Assembly: GCA_045863395.1 (NCBI GenBank)
Contig: BTVJ01000044.1
Location: 1 to 64,000, forward strand
Origin: Myxococcales bacterium
GTDB taxonomy: Bacteria; Myxococcota_A; UBA9042; JABWCM01; BTVJ01
Reading direction: 5' to 3'
DNA length: 64,000 nucleotides
A program made the position numbers and the translations under genes. A model generated the notes under the pieces. It was not told where the DNA came from. It did no database searches and worked only from the letters and a program-made list of their open reading frames with translations. This document shows, one piece after another, positions 9,801 through 19,486 of this stretch. Within the stretch, counting starts at the first letter, position 1. Every line of letters starts with the position of its first letter.

Positions 9801-11447
9801 ATAGCGAAGCTGATCATTCTGTCCGACACGGGCGTACCGCGCGAGGTGCTGCTTGGTCCGGTCACGCGCATCGGGCGCCACCCTTCGCAGGACGCGCAGA
9901 TCCTCGACCGCCTGGTCTCCAAGGAGCACGCGACCATCGAGGAGCGTCCCGACGGGTTCTACATCCTGGACCTGGGCAGCCGCAACGGCACCTTCGTCAA
10001 CAACCGGCTCATCGACAAGGAGGCCAAGCTCCGCAACGGCGACCAGGTGACGCTGGGATCGACGAAGGTGCTGTTCAGCGAGCACGGGAGCGAGGGCACG
10101 GGCATGCACCGGGTCACCATCGGGCCCGACGCCATCAGCCCGCGCATCCACTCGAAGATCAGCGCCAGCGACTCCAGCGACTACCTCCCCGAGAACAGCG
10201 TGCGCGACATCGAGGCGCTGCGCCGTGACTACGAGCGCCTGCGCCGCGCCTTCCGCCTGCACCAGGAGATCGCCCTCGAGCTCAACCTGGACGCCTTGCT
10301 GGAGAAGCTCCTCGACCACCTCTTCGCCAACCTGACCGTCGACCGGGGCGTGATCCTGCTCTACAACGACCGCACGGGCGACATGGAGCCGCGCAAGGTC
10401 AAGACCCGAGACGGCACGGAGACGGCGGACGAGATCGCCATCAGCAAGACCATCCTGAACCAGGTGGCCAGTGAGCGCACCGCCGTGCTCAGCTTCGATG
10501 CGTCCGTGGACAGCCGCTTCTCCGGTGCGCAGAGCATCATCCTCCAGCACATCCGGTCCACCATGTGCGTGCCCTTGCTGGCTCGCGACAAGCTGCTGGG
10601 CGCCATCCACGTGGACACCCGCGTCGAGACGGGCGCCTTCACTGACCGGGACCTGGGCGTCCTCCAGGGGCTCGCCTCCCTGGCGGCGCTGTGGGTGGAG
10701 AACACGTTCCTGGTCAAGCGCAGCGAGGAGGAGGCCGTCACCCGGCAGCAGTTCGAGCGCCTGCTCTCGCCGAACCTGGTCGAGAAGATCGTCAGCGGCG
10801 AGATCGAGATCCGCAAGGGCGGCGAGCAACGGAGCTGCACGGTCCTCTTCGCGGACATCCGGGGCTTCACGCGCATGAGCGAGGACCAGCCGGCCCACGA
10901 GATCGTCCACATGCTCAACGAGTACTTCGAGACGATGGTCGACGTGGTGTTCCGCTACGAGGGCACCCTCGACAAGTTCATCGGCGACGAGATCATGGCC
11001 ATCTGGGGCGCCCCGGTGGGTCATGAGAACGACCCGGAGATGGCGATTCGAGCCGCCGTCCAGATGCAGGCGTCGCTCGTGGAGTTCAACGAGATCCGGC
11101 GCATGGAGGGGCAGCGCCCCATCCAGATTGGCATCGGCATGGCGAGCGGCACCATCGTCGCCGGGTACATGGGCTCGACCCGCACCATGAGCTACACGGT
11201 CATCGGGTCCTCGGTGAACCTGGCGGCGCGCCTCTGCTCGGCGGCGGGGGCCGGGCAGGTGCTCGTCACGGAGGAGCTGCTGGACTCGGTGCGCGGTGTC
11301 GTCGCCTTCGAGGAGCGCCCGGCGCTCCAGCTCAAGGGGATCAGCCGCCCGGTCGTGCCCTACAACATCACGGGGATGCTCCCGGGCCACGAGAGCAACA
11401 CGGCCCGACGCTCCAGCCTCACGGCGACTCGGGTCAAGCCGGCGTAG
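9801..11447 (+). CDS. FHA-GAF-class III adenylate/guanylate cyclase; start uncertain (possible ATA codon)
   Basis: FHA (IGR..VSKEHA..DLGSRNGT), GAF, and cyclase motifs (VLFADIRGFT, DKFIGD, YTVIGSSVNLAARL). Confidence 0.9.
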   Translation: MAKLIILSDTGVPREVLLGPVTRIGRHPSQDAQILDRLVSKEHATIEERPDGFYILDLGSRNGTFVNNRLIDKEAKLRNGDQVTLGSTKVLFSEHGSEGTGMHRVTIGPDAISPRIHSKISASDSSDYLPENSVRDIEALRRDYERLRRAFRLHQEIALELNLDALLEKLLDHLFANLTVDRGVILLYNDRTGDMEPRKVKTRDGTETADEIAISKTILNQVASERTAVLSFDASVDSRFSGAQSIILQHIRSTMCVPLLARDKLLGAIHVDTRVETGAFTDRDLGVLQGLASLAALWVENTFLVKRSEEEAVTRQQFERLLSPNLVEKIVSGEIEIRKGGEQRSCTVLFADIRGFTRMSEDQPAHEIVHMLNEYFETMVDVVFRYEGTLDKFIGDEIMAIWGAPVGHENDPEMAIRAAVQMQASLVEFNEIRRMEGQRPIQIGIGMASGTIVAGYMGSTRTMSYTVIGSSVNLAARLCSAAGAGQVLVTEELLDSVRGVVAFEERPALQLKGISRPVVPYNITGMLPGHESNTARRSSLTATRVKPA

Positions 11448-12390
11448 GCTCCGGCCGGAGCACCCGCCCACGCAGCACCGCGTCCAGGATGTCTCCCACC
11501 CCGTGGCGGTACTTGAAGCCCAGCACTTCGCGCGCGAGGGCGCCGTCAGCCATGCAGATGTACTTGAGATAGTCCAGCTCAGGTGCTGGAAATGACGTCA
11601 GTTTGTATCTCCACATGAGGCGCATGGCCGCCGCGAACAGCGGGGCGGGGACGGCGACCGTCGGCTTGCCCGCCGCTCGGATCAGCGCCGACAGGGGCAC
11701 GGGCTTCGGGCCCGTCACGTTGAACACGCCGCGGATGCCCGGGCGCAGCGCCTTGACGATGGCGGTGACCACGTCCTCCTCGTGGATGATCTGGACCATG
11801 GGGTCGAAGCCCAGCATCGTCGGGACGGTCTTGAGGCGCAGATAGTTGGACGCGGCGTTGCGCACGGTGCCCAGGATGTGCACGGGGCGCAGCAGGACGG
11901 TCTCGATCTCGGGGTGCTTCCAGAAGAAGCCCTGCGTGAACATGTCGAGCTCGATGAGGTCGCGGATCTCGCTGAAGCCCTGGCCCGCCAGCAGGGCGGA
12001 ATCCTCGCGCAGGAACTGGGCGTTCTCGGGGCGGGGCCCATACGTCGTCGCCGATGACAGGACCACGGCCTTTGGCACGTCCCAGCGGTGGCACCACTCC
12101 AAGATGCGCTGGGTGCCGAGCACGTTGAAGGTGTGGTGGTCGCCGACGCTCTTGCGCGGGTCGTGCATCACGTTGAGGTGGCAGACCGCCTTGATGCGGT
12201 GCCGCCGGAAGACGTCCTCGGTCTGGTTGCGCCGGATGTCCAGGCGGTACATCGGGATGTCCTTGGGCCTGCCCTCGAAGGGCCGCCTGTCCACGCCGAT
12301 GACCTGGTGGGTCCGGTGCAGCCGCCGCGCGACCAGGCGCCCGAGGCGCCCGCTGATGCCGGTGATCAGGATGGACTCGCGGTCGCTCAT
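11434..12390 (-). CDS. NAD-dependent epimerase/dehydratase (extended SDR)
   Basis: ILITGISGRLG Rossmann motif, NVLGT, LSSATTYG. Confidence 0.85.
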   Translation of the reverse strand: MSDRESILITGISGRLGRLVARRLHRTHQVIGVDRRPFEGRPKDIPMYRLDIRRNQTEDVFRRHRIKAVCHLNVMHDPRKSVGDHHTFNVLGTQRILEWCHRWDVPKAVVLSSATTYGPRPENAQFLREDSALLAGQGFSEIRDLIELDMFTQGFFWKHPEIETVLLRPVHILGTVRNAASNYLRLKTVPTMLGFDPMVQIIHEEDVVTAIVKALRPGIRGVFNVTGPKPVPLSALIRAAGKPTVAVPAPLFAAAMRLMWRYKLTSFPAPELDYLKYICMADGALAREVLGFKYRHGVGDILDAVLRGRVLRPEPTPA

Positions 12391-12398
12391 GTGGCTGC

Positions 12399-13295
12399 CT
12401 ACCAGAAGATGTGGGGGCGGCTTCGCAGCCCCTCGTTGATCATGGCCTGGAGCCGCGTCTTGACGCGCTTGACCTTGCGCCCGATGACCGCGTCGTCGTC
12501 CTGCGGGTCCCCCTCGAAGTGCATGGGCTCGCCGAAGATCAGGCGGTATCGCGTCGGGTAGGGCAGGGCGCCGATGGGGAGCAGCCAGGGGAACGTCGGG
12601 GTGATGGGGAAGGCCGGCGCCGCGATCAGGCGGGCGATGGACTCGGCGTTCCAGAGGGCCGGGGCCTGCTCCTCGGCCCCGATGACCGCCACTGGCACGA
12701 TGGGCGTGTTCGTCTGGAGCGCGAGGCGCATGAACCCGTAGCCGAACTTCTGGAGCTGGTAGCGCTTGTCCCAGGTCTTGCTGATGCCCTTCGAGCCCTC
12801 CGGGAACACGAGGATCGCCTCCTCGTTCTCGAGGAGGTGACGGCAGTTGTCGGGGATCCCGACGATCTGGCCGCAGCGCGCCATGAACTCCGACACGAAG
12901 GGCAGGGTGGGCACCCACTTCTCGATCATGGCGCGCACGATGCGCGGGGGGTCGGCGTCGAAGATCTGGCTGCCGGCGAGCGCCATGGCGTCGAAGGGGA
13001 GCTGCCCCGAGTGGTTGGCGATGATCAGGACCCGCCCCGCCGGGACGTTTCGGATGCCGAAGGTCTCGACGCGGAACCACACCCGGTAGAAGAAGCGCAC
13101 CACGGGCAGCACGCGGCGGATGTAGTCCGGGCTGAAGCCGAAGGAGTCGTAGCCGAACTCGTTGAGGTTGCGGGTGTTTGCGAGGCGGCCCCAGCGTTCG
13201 GCGAGGTCCTCGCCGTTCAGGCGATCCCAGGCGTTGCCCAGCGCACGCGCCGCCTCTGAGAGCATCCCCGAGCGTCCGGACCGCGCATCGTCCAT
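12399..13295 (-). CDS. Lysophospholipid acyltransferase (PlsC family)
   Basis: ANHSGQLPFD (HX4D), VFPEG, TPIVPV; GGAGG before the ATG. Confidence 0.88.
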   Translation of the reverse strand: MDDARSGRSGMLSEAARALGNAWDRLNGEDLAERWGRLANTRNLNEFGYDSFGFSPDYIRRVLPVVRFFYRVWFRVETFGIRNVPAGRVLIIANHSGQLPFDAMALAGSQIFDADPPRIVRAMIEKWVPTLPFVSEFMARCGQIVGIPDNCRHLLENEEAILVFPEGSKGISKTWDKRYQLQKFGYGFMRLALQTNTPIVPVAVIGAEEQAPALWNAESIARLIAAPAFPITPTFPWLLPIGALPYPTRYRLIFGEPMHFEGDPQDDDAVIGRKVKRVKTRLQAMINEGLRSRPHIFW

Positions 13296-13388
13296 CGTCG
13301 CCTCCATGCGCCCCCCGGCGACTCGTAGCACTGTTCGGGGGGCGGATCAACGGCGCAACCACGGGCGTGAGAAGGCGGCCGGGGCCCT

Positions 13389-13416
13389 TTGACATCCCAC
13401 CCGCCCCGAGTATGCT
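13389..13416 (+). promoter_or_regulatory. Sigma70-type promoter of smpB
   Basis: TTGACA-N16-TATGCT. Confidence 0.7.
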
Positions 13417-13423
13417 CGCCCGC

Positions 13424-13900
13424 ATGTCGAAGGCCGCCAAGAAGAAGTTCCCAAGCGACGACGCCGAGAAGGTAGTGTGCCGCAACAAGCGCGCCACGTT
13501 CGACTTCGCCATCGAGGATCGCTACGAGGCCGGCATGTCGCTGCTGGGCAGCGAGGTGAAGAGCCTCCGTGGCGGCAAGGCCAGCATCAACGAGGCCTAC
13601 GCGAAGGTGGAGGACGGCCAGGTGTGGCTGGAGGGGGCACACATCAACGAGTACCCGTGGGCGTACCAGGGGGGCCATGCGCCGACGCGGAGACGCCGCC
13701 TGCTGCTCCACCGGGAAGAGATCGAGAAGCTCGAGGTGAAGGTCAACGAGAAGGGCTACACGCTGGTGCCCATCGTCATCTACTTCCGCGGCGGCAAGGC
13801 GAAGTGCGAGCTGGGGGTCGGCAAGGGCAAGAAGCTCTACGACAAGCGGGAGTCCATCAAGGCCCGCGACGTGGACCGGGAGACCGAGCGCTACCGATAG
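13424..13900 (+). CDS. smpB: SsrA-binding protein
   Basis: NKRA, EAGMSLLGSEVKSLR, RRLLLHREEI, GKKLYDKRE. Confidence 0.97.
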   Translation: MSKAAKKKFPSDDAEKVVCRNKRATFDFAIEDRYEAGMSLLGSEVKSLRGGKASINEAYAKVEDGQVWLEGAHINEYPWAYQGGHAPTRRRRLLLHREEIEKLEVKVNEKGYTLVPIVIYFRGGKAKCELGVGKGKKLYDKRESIKARDVDRETERYR

Positions 13901-13915
13901 ACCCTGGAGGGCGCG

Positions 13916-15040
13916 ATGCAGGTAGGGGTCCCGAAGGAGATACGGCCGTTCGAGGGGCGCGTTGGTCTCGGGCCGGCGGGTGTGCAGGCCCTGGTGTCGG
14001 ACGGCCACGACGTGCTGGTCGAGACGGGCGCAGGCGTCACGTCCGGCTTCAAAGACGACGACTACCGCGCGGTGGGTGCCCGCATCTGCTTCCAGAGCCC
14101 CGAGGTGTGGCAGCGCTCGGAGCTGGTCGTCAAGGTCGGCCCCGTCATGCTGGATGAGGTCAAGCGCATCCGGGCAGGGCAGCTCATCGCCGGCTTCCAC
14201 TTCACGCAGGCAACGCAGCGCCCCATCCTGGACGCCTTCGCGGAGCACAAGGCGTGCCTGCTCGGCTATGAGCAGCTCACCGACGACAAGGGGGAGCGCC
14301 GGGTCCAGAACCGTATGAGCGAGATCGCGGGGCGGCTGGCGGTGATCGTCGCCGCGCAGCTCCTGCAGAACAGCCGCGGCGGGACCGGCGTGCTCATGGG
14401 TGGCCTCCCCGGGGTGGGGCCCGCGGAGGTCGTGATCCTCGGCGGCGGCGTCATGGGCGAGAACGCGTGCCGCGCGGCCCTGGGGCTCGGGGCGCGGGTC
14501 ACGGTGCTCGACCCCGACGTGCAGCGGCTCTCCTACCTGGAGCGGACCATCTCAGGCTCCGGGCGCCCCGTGCTGCTGGCGATGACCCCGCGCAACCTGG
14601 AGCGGTCCATCGCCTACGCCAACGTGATCATCACGGCGGTGCGTGCGGCAGATGGGCCTCTTCCACGCCTCATTACTCGGGCAGACCTGCGTCGAATGCG
14701 GCCTGGCGCCATATTGATTGACGGTTGCATCGACCGGGGCGGGGTGGCGGAGACCAGCCGCCCCACCACCCTCGGAGACCCCACGTACATGGTCGAGGGC
14801 GTGCAGCACTACTGCGTGGCGAACATGCCGGCGGACGTGGCGCGCACGGCGACACACGCCCTCACCCACGCGGCGCTGCCGCTGCTCAGGGCCATTGCGC
14901 GGGATGGCATCGACGTGGGCGTCCGCAACCACGCCTATGCGCGGAGCGGCATCCAGATGTGGAAGGGAGATCTGGTGGTCCCGGCCTACACGGCCGACGA
15001 CCTGCCGGTCAAGCCCCTGGCAGAGGTGCTCGGGCCATGA
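13916..15040 (+). CDS. ald: Alanine dehydrogenase
   Basis: GVPKEI..EGRVG, MSEIAGR, GGGVMG, DRGG..ETS, HYCVANMP. Confidence 0.85.
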   Translation: MQVGVPKEIRPFEGRVGLGPAGVQALVSDGHDVLVETGAGVTSGFKDDDYRAVGARICFQSPEVWQRSELVVKVGPVMLDEVKRIRAGQLIAGFHFTQATQRPILDAFAEHKACLLGYEQLTDDKGERRVQNRMSEIAGRLAVIVAAQLLQNSRGGTGVLMGGLPGVGPAEVVILGGGVMGENACRAALGLGARVTVLDPDVQRLSYLERTISGSGRPVLLAMTPRNLERSIAYANVIITAVRAADGPLPRLITRADLRRMRPGAILIDGCIDRGGVAETSRPTTLGDPTYMVEGVQHYCVANMPADVARTATHALTHAALPLLRAIARDGIDVGVRNHAYARSGIQMWKGDLVVPAYTADDLPVKPLAEVLGP

Positions 15041-16332
15041 GGCACTGGACGGAGTCATTCAGGGCGGGGGTCTCGGCGGACGAGGCGCTGCTCGCCGTGC
15101 GCAGCGGACACCGGGTGCTCGTGGGCTCCGGCTGCGCCGTGCCGCAGGAGCTGGTGGAGGCGCTCTGTCGCCGCGCCAAGGAGCTGGAGGACGTAGAGGT
15201 CTGCCACCTGCTCACGGTGGGCGAGGCGCCGTACACGTCGCCGGAGCTTCGGGGGCACCTGCGGCACAACGCGTTCTTCATCGGCGCCAACACGCGCAAG
15301 CTGGTCCAGAGCGGCGAGGCGGACTTCACGCCGGTCTTCCTGAGCGAGATTCCCGCGCTGCTGACGGACGGGCCGCTGCCCGTGGACGTCGCCCTGATCA
15401 CCGTCAGTCCGCCGGATGAGCACGGCTTCTGCAGCTACGGCGTCAGCGTGGACGTGGTCAAGCCGGGTGCCGAGGCCGCCAGGATCATCATCGCCGAGGT
15501 GAACCCGCGCATGCCGCGCACACACGGGGATGCGTTCATCCACATCGACCGCATCCACGCCGTCGTCAACGTGGACCGCCCCATCCCGGAGCTCCCGGCG
15601 GCCGCCCCGACGGCGGTCGAGGAGGGCATCGCGGACCACGTGGCGGCGCTGGTCGAGGACGGCGCGACGCTCCAGATGGGCATCGGGGGCATCCCCAACG
15701 CCGTGCTCATGCGGCTGGGCGACAAGCGGCACCTGGGTATCCACACGGAGATGTTCTCGGACGGCGTCCTCAATCTCATCCGCAAGGGCGTGATCACGGG
15801 GGACAAGAAGTCCATCCACAAGGGCAAGATCGTGACGAGCTTCCTCATGGGGAGCCGCCAGCTCTATGACTTCGTCGACAACAACCCCATGATCGAGATG
15901 CACCCCTCCCAGTACACCAACGACCCGTGGGTCATTGCCCAGAACGAGAAGATGACCGCCATCAACTCGGCGCTGGAGGTGGACCTCACGGGCCAGGTGT
16001 GCGCGTGCAGCATGGGGCCGCTGCTCTACAGCGGTGTGGGCGGGCAGGTGGACTTCATCCGTGGAGCGTCCCGCAGCCGCGGCGGAAAGCCGATCATCGC
16101 GCTCCCGGCGACCGCCAAGTCGGGCACACGGTCCCGCATCGTCCCCATGCTCCAGACGGGGGCGGGCGTCACGACGAGCCGCTACGACGTCCGCTGGGTC
16201 GCGACGGAGTACGGCGCGGCCAACCTGCACGGCCTGACGGTCCGGGAGCGGGCGAAGGCCCTCATCGGGCTGGCGGCCCCCCAGTTCCGCGACGAGCTGG
16301 CCCACGCGGCGCGGGAGCGCCACCTGATCTGA
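15037..16332 (+). CDS. Acetyl-CoA hydrolase / 4-hydroxybutyrate CoA-transferase family protein
   Basis: LQMGIGGIP, HTEMFSDG, INSALEVDLTGQ, SGVGGQVDF, TEYG. Confidence 0.9.
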   Translation: MRHWTESFRAGVSADEALLAVRSGHRVLVGSGCAVPQELVEALCRRAKELEDVEVCHLLTVGEAPYTSPELRGHLRHNAFFIGANTRKLVQSGEADFTPVFLSEIPALLTDGPLPVDVALITVSPPDEHGFCSYGVSVDVVKPGAEAARIIIAEVNPRMPRTHGDAFIHIDRIHAVVNVDRPIPELPAAAPTAVEEGIADHVAALVEDGATLQMGIGGIPNAVLMRLGDKRHLGIHTEMFSDGVLNLIRKGVITGDKKSIHKGKIVTSFLMGSRQLYDFVDNNPMIEMHPSQYTNDPWVIAQNEKMTAINSALEVDLTGQVCACSMGPLLYSGVGGQVDFIRGASRSRGGKPIIALPATAKSGTRSRIVPMLQTGAGVTTSRYDVRWVATEYGAANLHGLTVRERAKALIGLAAPQFRDELAHAARERHLI

Positions 16333-16362
16333 CAGGGCGCTGGGGTGCGTGAGATCCACGTC

Positions 16363-16390
16363 TTGACACCGGGGGCTCGATCCCTATGCT
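16363..16390 (+). promoter_or_regulatory. Sigma70-type promoter of ssrA
   Basis: TTGACA-N16-TATGCT about 80 nt upstream of the tmRNA. Confidence 0.7.
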
Positions 16391-16471
16391 ACCCGGGCTC
16401 GCGACGCCGCCCGGCAGGGCGCTCTCCTCACGGACCCTGCCAAAGAACGACGCCGCGCTGGTCTTTGACAT

Positions 16472-16832
16472 GGGGGCGAAACGGCTTCGACGGGGAGAGG
16501 AAGTCGTGGGCTGCATGCCGGGGACCCTGGTACCTCGATAACAAAACAGGGACACTGAAAAGCTGCCAACACTGACAGCTACGCCCTCGCCGCCTAAAGT
16601 GCGGTGAGCGGTCGACCGCGCAGGCTTGCGAGCGCGGATCCGACCGTCGACACAGCAAGCTAGCAATCCGGGGCGCCGCCTGAGCGCCGGAACGCGAAAC
16701 TCAATCGGGCGCATCTCGACCCCGAAGCCTGTCGGTGGGCGTCGGAGATGGGATAAGCAAACCACCGACTAAGCGTGTAGATGCTCACGTGGAATCTTTT
16801 CGGACCCGGGTTCGACTCCCGGCGCCTCCACC
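16472..16832 (+). ncRNA. ssrA: tmRNA
   Basis: 5' GGGGGCGAAACGGCTTCGAC; 3' GGTTCGACTCCCGGCGCCTCCACC; tag ORF ANTDSYALAA* at 16565-16597. Confidence 0.97.
16809..16832 (+). repeat. attL (tmRNA 3' end)
   Basis: GGTTCGACTCCCGGCGCCTCCAC is repeated at 30669 (without the leading GG) and at 60681. Confidence 0.92.
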
Positions 16833-17001
16833 TTGAAAAGCCCTTGAGAAATCAACGGCTTTTCCGTTTCTGCAACCCCTCCTGTACCACTTTTGTACCA
16901 CGAAGGCGCCGGGATTGTGGTCGCCAACCGGGCGGCAGCGTGCCTTGGAGTCGTGGGGTCTTCTTGGGCTTCTGGCGGCGCAGGAGCGTCGCGGCGGGCG
17001 A

Positions 17002-18174
17002 TCACGGGCGGGAGTCGGCGTTCACGCTCCACCAGTCGGGGACGGCGATCATCGGCTTGACGATCATGCTGCCGCCGTCGAGCACGTCGATGAACTTCTG
17101 GGCGGCGGACGGGGCGAGGTGGGCGTATCGCTCCGTGATCTTCGTCTCCGAGTGGCCGAGGTACTGCGAGACCGCCTTGAGGGGTACACCCGCCATCACG
17201 AGCTGCGAGGCGAACGAGTGCCTCATGTCGTGGTGACGGATGCGGGGAAGCCCGGCCGCCTTCGCGACGCGCTCGAAGGCGTGCTTGATGTTGTTGCGGT
17301 TGAGCCGCCTCCCGTCCCGATGGCAGAAGACCCACTGGCCCTTCAGGTGCTTGCTTCCCCGCAGCACGTCATGGAGGCTCTGCACCATCGGCACGAAGCG
17401 GGCCTCGTTGTCCTTCGGCGGCTTCAACTTCGACCGGCTGAACGCCTGCACGACGTGGATCTGCCGCTTGAGGAAGTCGATGTGCCCCCACTCCAGAGCG
17501 AACAGCTCGCCGAGCCGGAGGCCGGTACGGAAGCCCGTGACGAACAGGGGGTACAGCTCCGGCTCCAGGCGCTTCGCCGTCTCCAAGAATGCCCGCGTCT
17601 GCTCGGCGTCGTAGGCCGCGAGCTTGGGGGGCGGCACCTTGAGCCGCTTGACCTTGCGGGCGGGGTTCTCCAACAGGTAGCCCCAGTCCACGCCCGACTT
17701 GAACATCGAGGAGATGACGCAGAGGTGCTCGTTCACGCTCTTCGGCCCGAGGGGCTTCCCCGTGTTCGGGACGAGCGCCTTCAGGCTCTCGGCCTTGAAC
17801 TTCTCGATGTCCAGCGCACGGATCGACGCGATCTCGCGGTCGCCGAAGTAGGGAACCGCATGCACCCTCAAGATGCCCTCGTACCGCTCCTGAGTCGCAG
17901 GTGAGCAGTTCACCTTGACGTGGAGGTCGAGCCACATCTTGGCGAAGCCGCTGAAGGCCGCAGGGGGGAGCGACGCAGCCGACGTGGCCCCGCCGGTGGC
18001 CTCCACCTTCACGGCTGCATGCGCCTCAGCCTTCAGGCGTTCCTCTTCCTTCGCGGCCTGCCTCTTTGATGTGACGCCCTCCCCAAGCGACCGGCGGAAC
18101 CGCTCGCGCCTCCCGTTCGGGTGATCGATAAAGAAGTCCACCACCCACGTCGTCCCGCGCAGTCGTACCGCCAT
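17002..18174 (-). CDS. Tyrosine integrase
   Basis: TGLRLGEL, HHDMRH, YLGHS, RYAH. Confidence 0.95.
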   Translation of the reverse strand: MAVRLRGTTWVVDFFIDHPNGRRERFRRSLGEGVTSKRQAAKEEERLKAEAHAAVKVEATGGATSAASLPPAAFSGFAKMWLDLHVKVNCSPATQERYEGILRVHAVPYFGDREIASIRALDIEKFKAESLKALVPNTGKPLGPKSVNEHLCVISSMFKSGVDWGYLLENPARKVKRLKVPPPKLAAYDAEQTRAFLETAKRLEPELYPLFVTGFRTGLRLGELFALEWGHIDFLKRQIHVVQAFSRSKLKPPKDNEARFVPMVQSLHDVLRGSKHLKGQWVFCHRDGRRLNRNNIKHAFERVAKAAGLPRIRHHDMRHSFASQLVMAGVPLKAVSQYLGHSETKITERYAHLAPSAAQKFIDVLDGGSMIVKPMIAVPDWWSVNADSRP

Positions 18175-18376
18175 CGGCCTGCACTCCCTTCATCATCTCG
18201 GACTTGATCCAGGCTTCGAGGAGGCCGCGCTCGAACCGAACGCAGCCCCCGAGCCGCAGGTGGGGCACGGCCTTGGCTTCGACGAGGCGGTAGACCTGCC
18301 GCCTGCTCACGCCGAGCACGTTGGCGGCGTCGTCCACGGTGATCACCTCGATGCTCCTCTTCTTGTCGTCGTCCAC
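18026..18376 (-). CDS. Excisionase-like HTH protein (HTH_17)
   Basis: ITVDDAANVLGVSRRQVYRLV..VPHLRLGGCVRF; directly upstream of, and overlapping, int. Confidence 0.8.
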   Translation of the reverse strand: MDDDKKRSIEVITVDDAANVLGVSRRQVYRLVEAKAVPHLRLGGCVRFERGLLEAWIKSEMMKGVQADGGTTARDDVGGGLLYRSPEREARAVPPVAWGGRHIKEAGREGRGTPEG

Positions 18377-18747
18377 GGCCGTCCCCTCGCGGGGGTCGGC
18401 GTCCACCACCTACTCGTCGGGCTCTTCCCCTGAGCGGCGGCGGTGAGGCGAACCACCCGCACCGCTGGCACCGTACCCACGAGATCCGGCGTCCCTCGCA
18501 GCGGCGGGCACGATTACGCGTTGCGTGACGCAGCGGGCACGGCGAGGCCGTGGTGGGTCAGGCGACGGTTGCCGATCTCGGCGGCAAAATGCGCGTGGGT
18601 TCGACTGCGCCGGAATCGGCGTCCCGGAGACTTCCAATCGGGTAACCGAGCGGTTCCCCGATTCCGTGTTCGGCTTCTCGGGCCGAAACGTCACCTGCTC
18701 AGGTTTTCGGCCCGGCGAGTAGGTCAAGCACGACGAGGAGGTGCTCG

Positions 18748-19398
18748 ATGGGCTCGACGAAGACGACGCGGGCCGCGCTCTATGCGCGGGTCAGCACGAC
18801 CGACCAGAACGCCGCCATGCAGGTTGCCGAACTTCGTCGGGCGGCCGAGCAGCGCGGGTGGAGCGTCGTCGGCGAGTTCGTAGACGACGGCGTCTCCGGT
18901 GTCGCCGAGTCGCGTCCCGCACTCGACCGCATGATGGCGGCGGCGAAGGCCGGGAAGCTCGATGTGGTGGCGGTGTGGAAGCTCGACCGGCTTGGCCGCT
19001 CCCTCCAGCACCTCGTCAGGCTGCTCGACGACCTCCAGCGGTACGGCGTCGGGTTCGTCAGCCTGCACGACGCGGGCATTGACACTACGAGCCAAGGCCG
19101 CCTGCTCCTCCACGTCCTCGCGAGCTTCGCCGCCTACGAGCGGGATCTCATCGTGGAGCGCGTCCGTGCAGGCGTCGCGAGGGCTCGGGCCGAGGGCAGG
19201 CACGTCGGACGCCCTCGCGTCGATCTTGATCTACGTGCAGCGAGGGCCCTCCTCACGCAGGGCCACTCCGTCCGTGATGTGGCGTCGATGCTCGACCTTC
19301 CGCGCACGACCTTGCGGCGTCGCCTCTCCGAGGGCGGGCGCTCCGCGCCCGCCGGCGGATCGGCCGGGCCAGAAGTCGCACCCGCCGACCCCATGTAG
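18748..19398 (+). CDS. Small serine recombinase (resolvase/invertase)
   Basis: YARVST, DDGVSG, RPAL, WKLDRLGRS; C-terminal HTH. Confidence 0.93.
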   Translation: MGSTKTTRAALYARVSTTDQNAAMQVAELRRAAEQRGWSVVGEFVDDGVSGVAESRPALDRMMAAAKAGKLDVVAVWKLDRLGRSLQHLVRLLDDLQRYGVGFVSLHDAGIDTTSQGRLLLHVLASFAAYERDLIVERVRAGVARARAEGRHVGRPRVDLDLRAARALLTQGHSVRDVASMLDLPRTTLRRRLSEGGRSAPAGGSAGPEVAPADPM

Positions 19399-19486
19399 AT
19401 CGGAGTGAGGACGAGGGCCGCAACCTCCGGGCCAAGCCGGGCCGATGGCTAGAGGTTGCGGCCCGCCCGCGTAGTCGTGGAGTGGC

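Noticed and set aside
11434..13512. 692-aa fused ORF in the ORF track
   Set aside because: Only the part from 12390 is SDR-like; the upstream part overlaps the acyltransferase and smpB in other frames.
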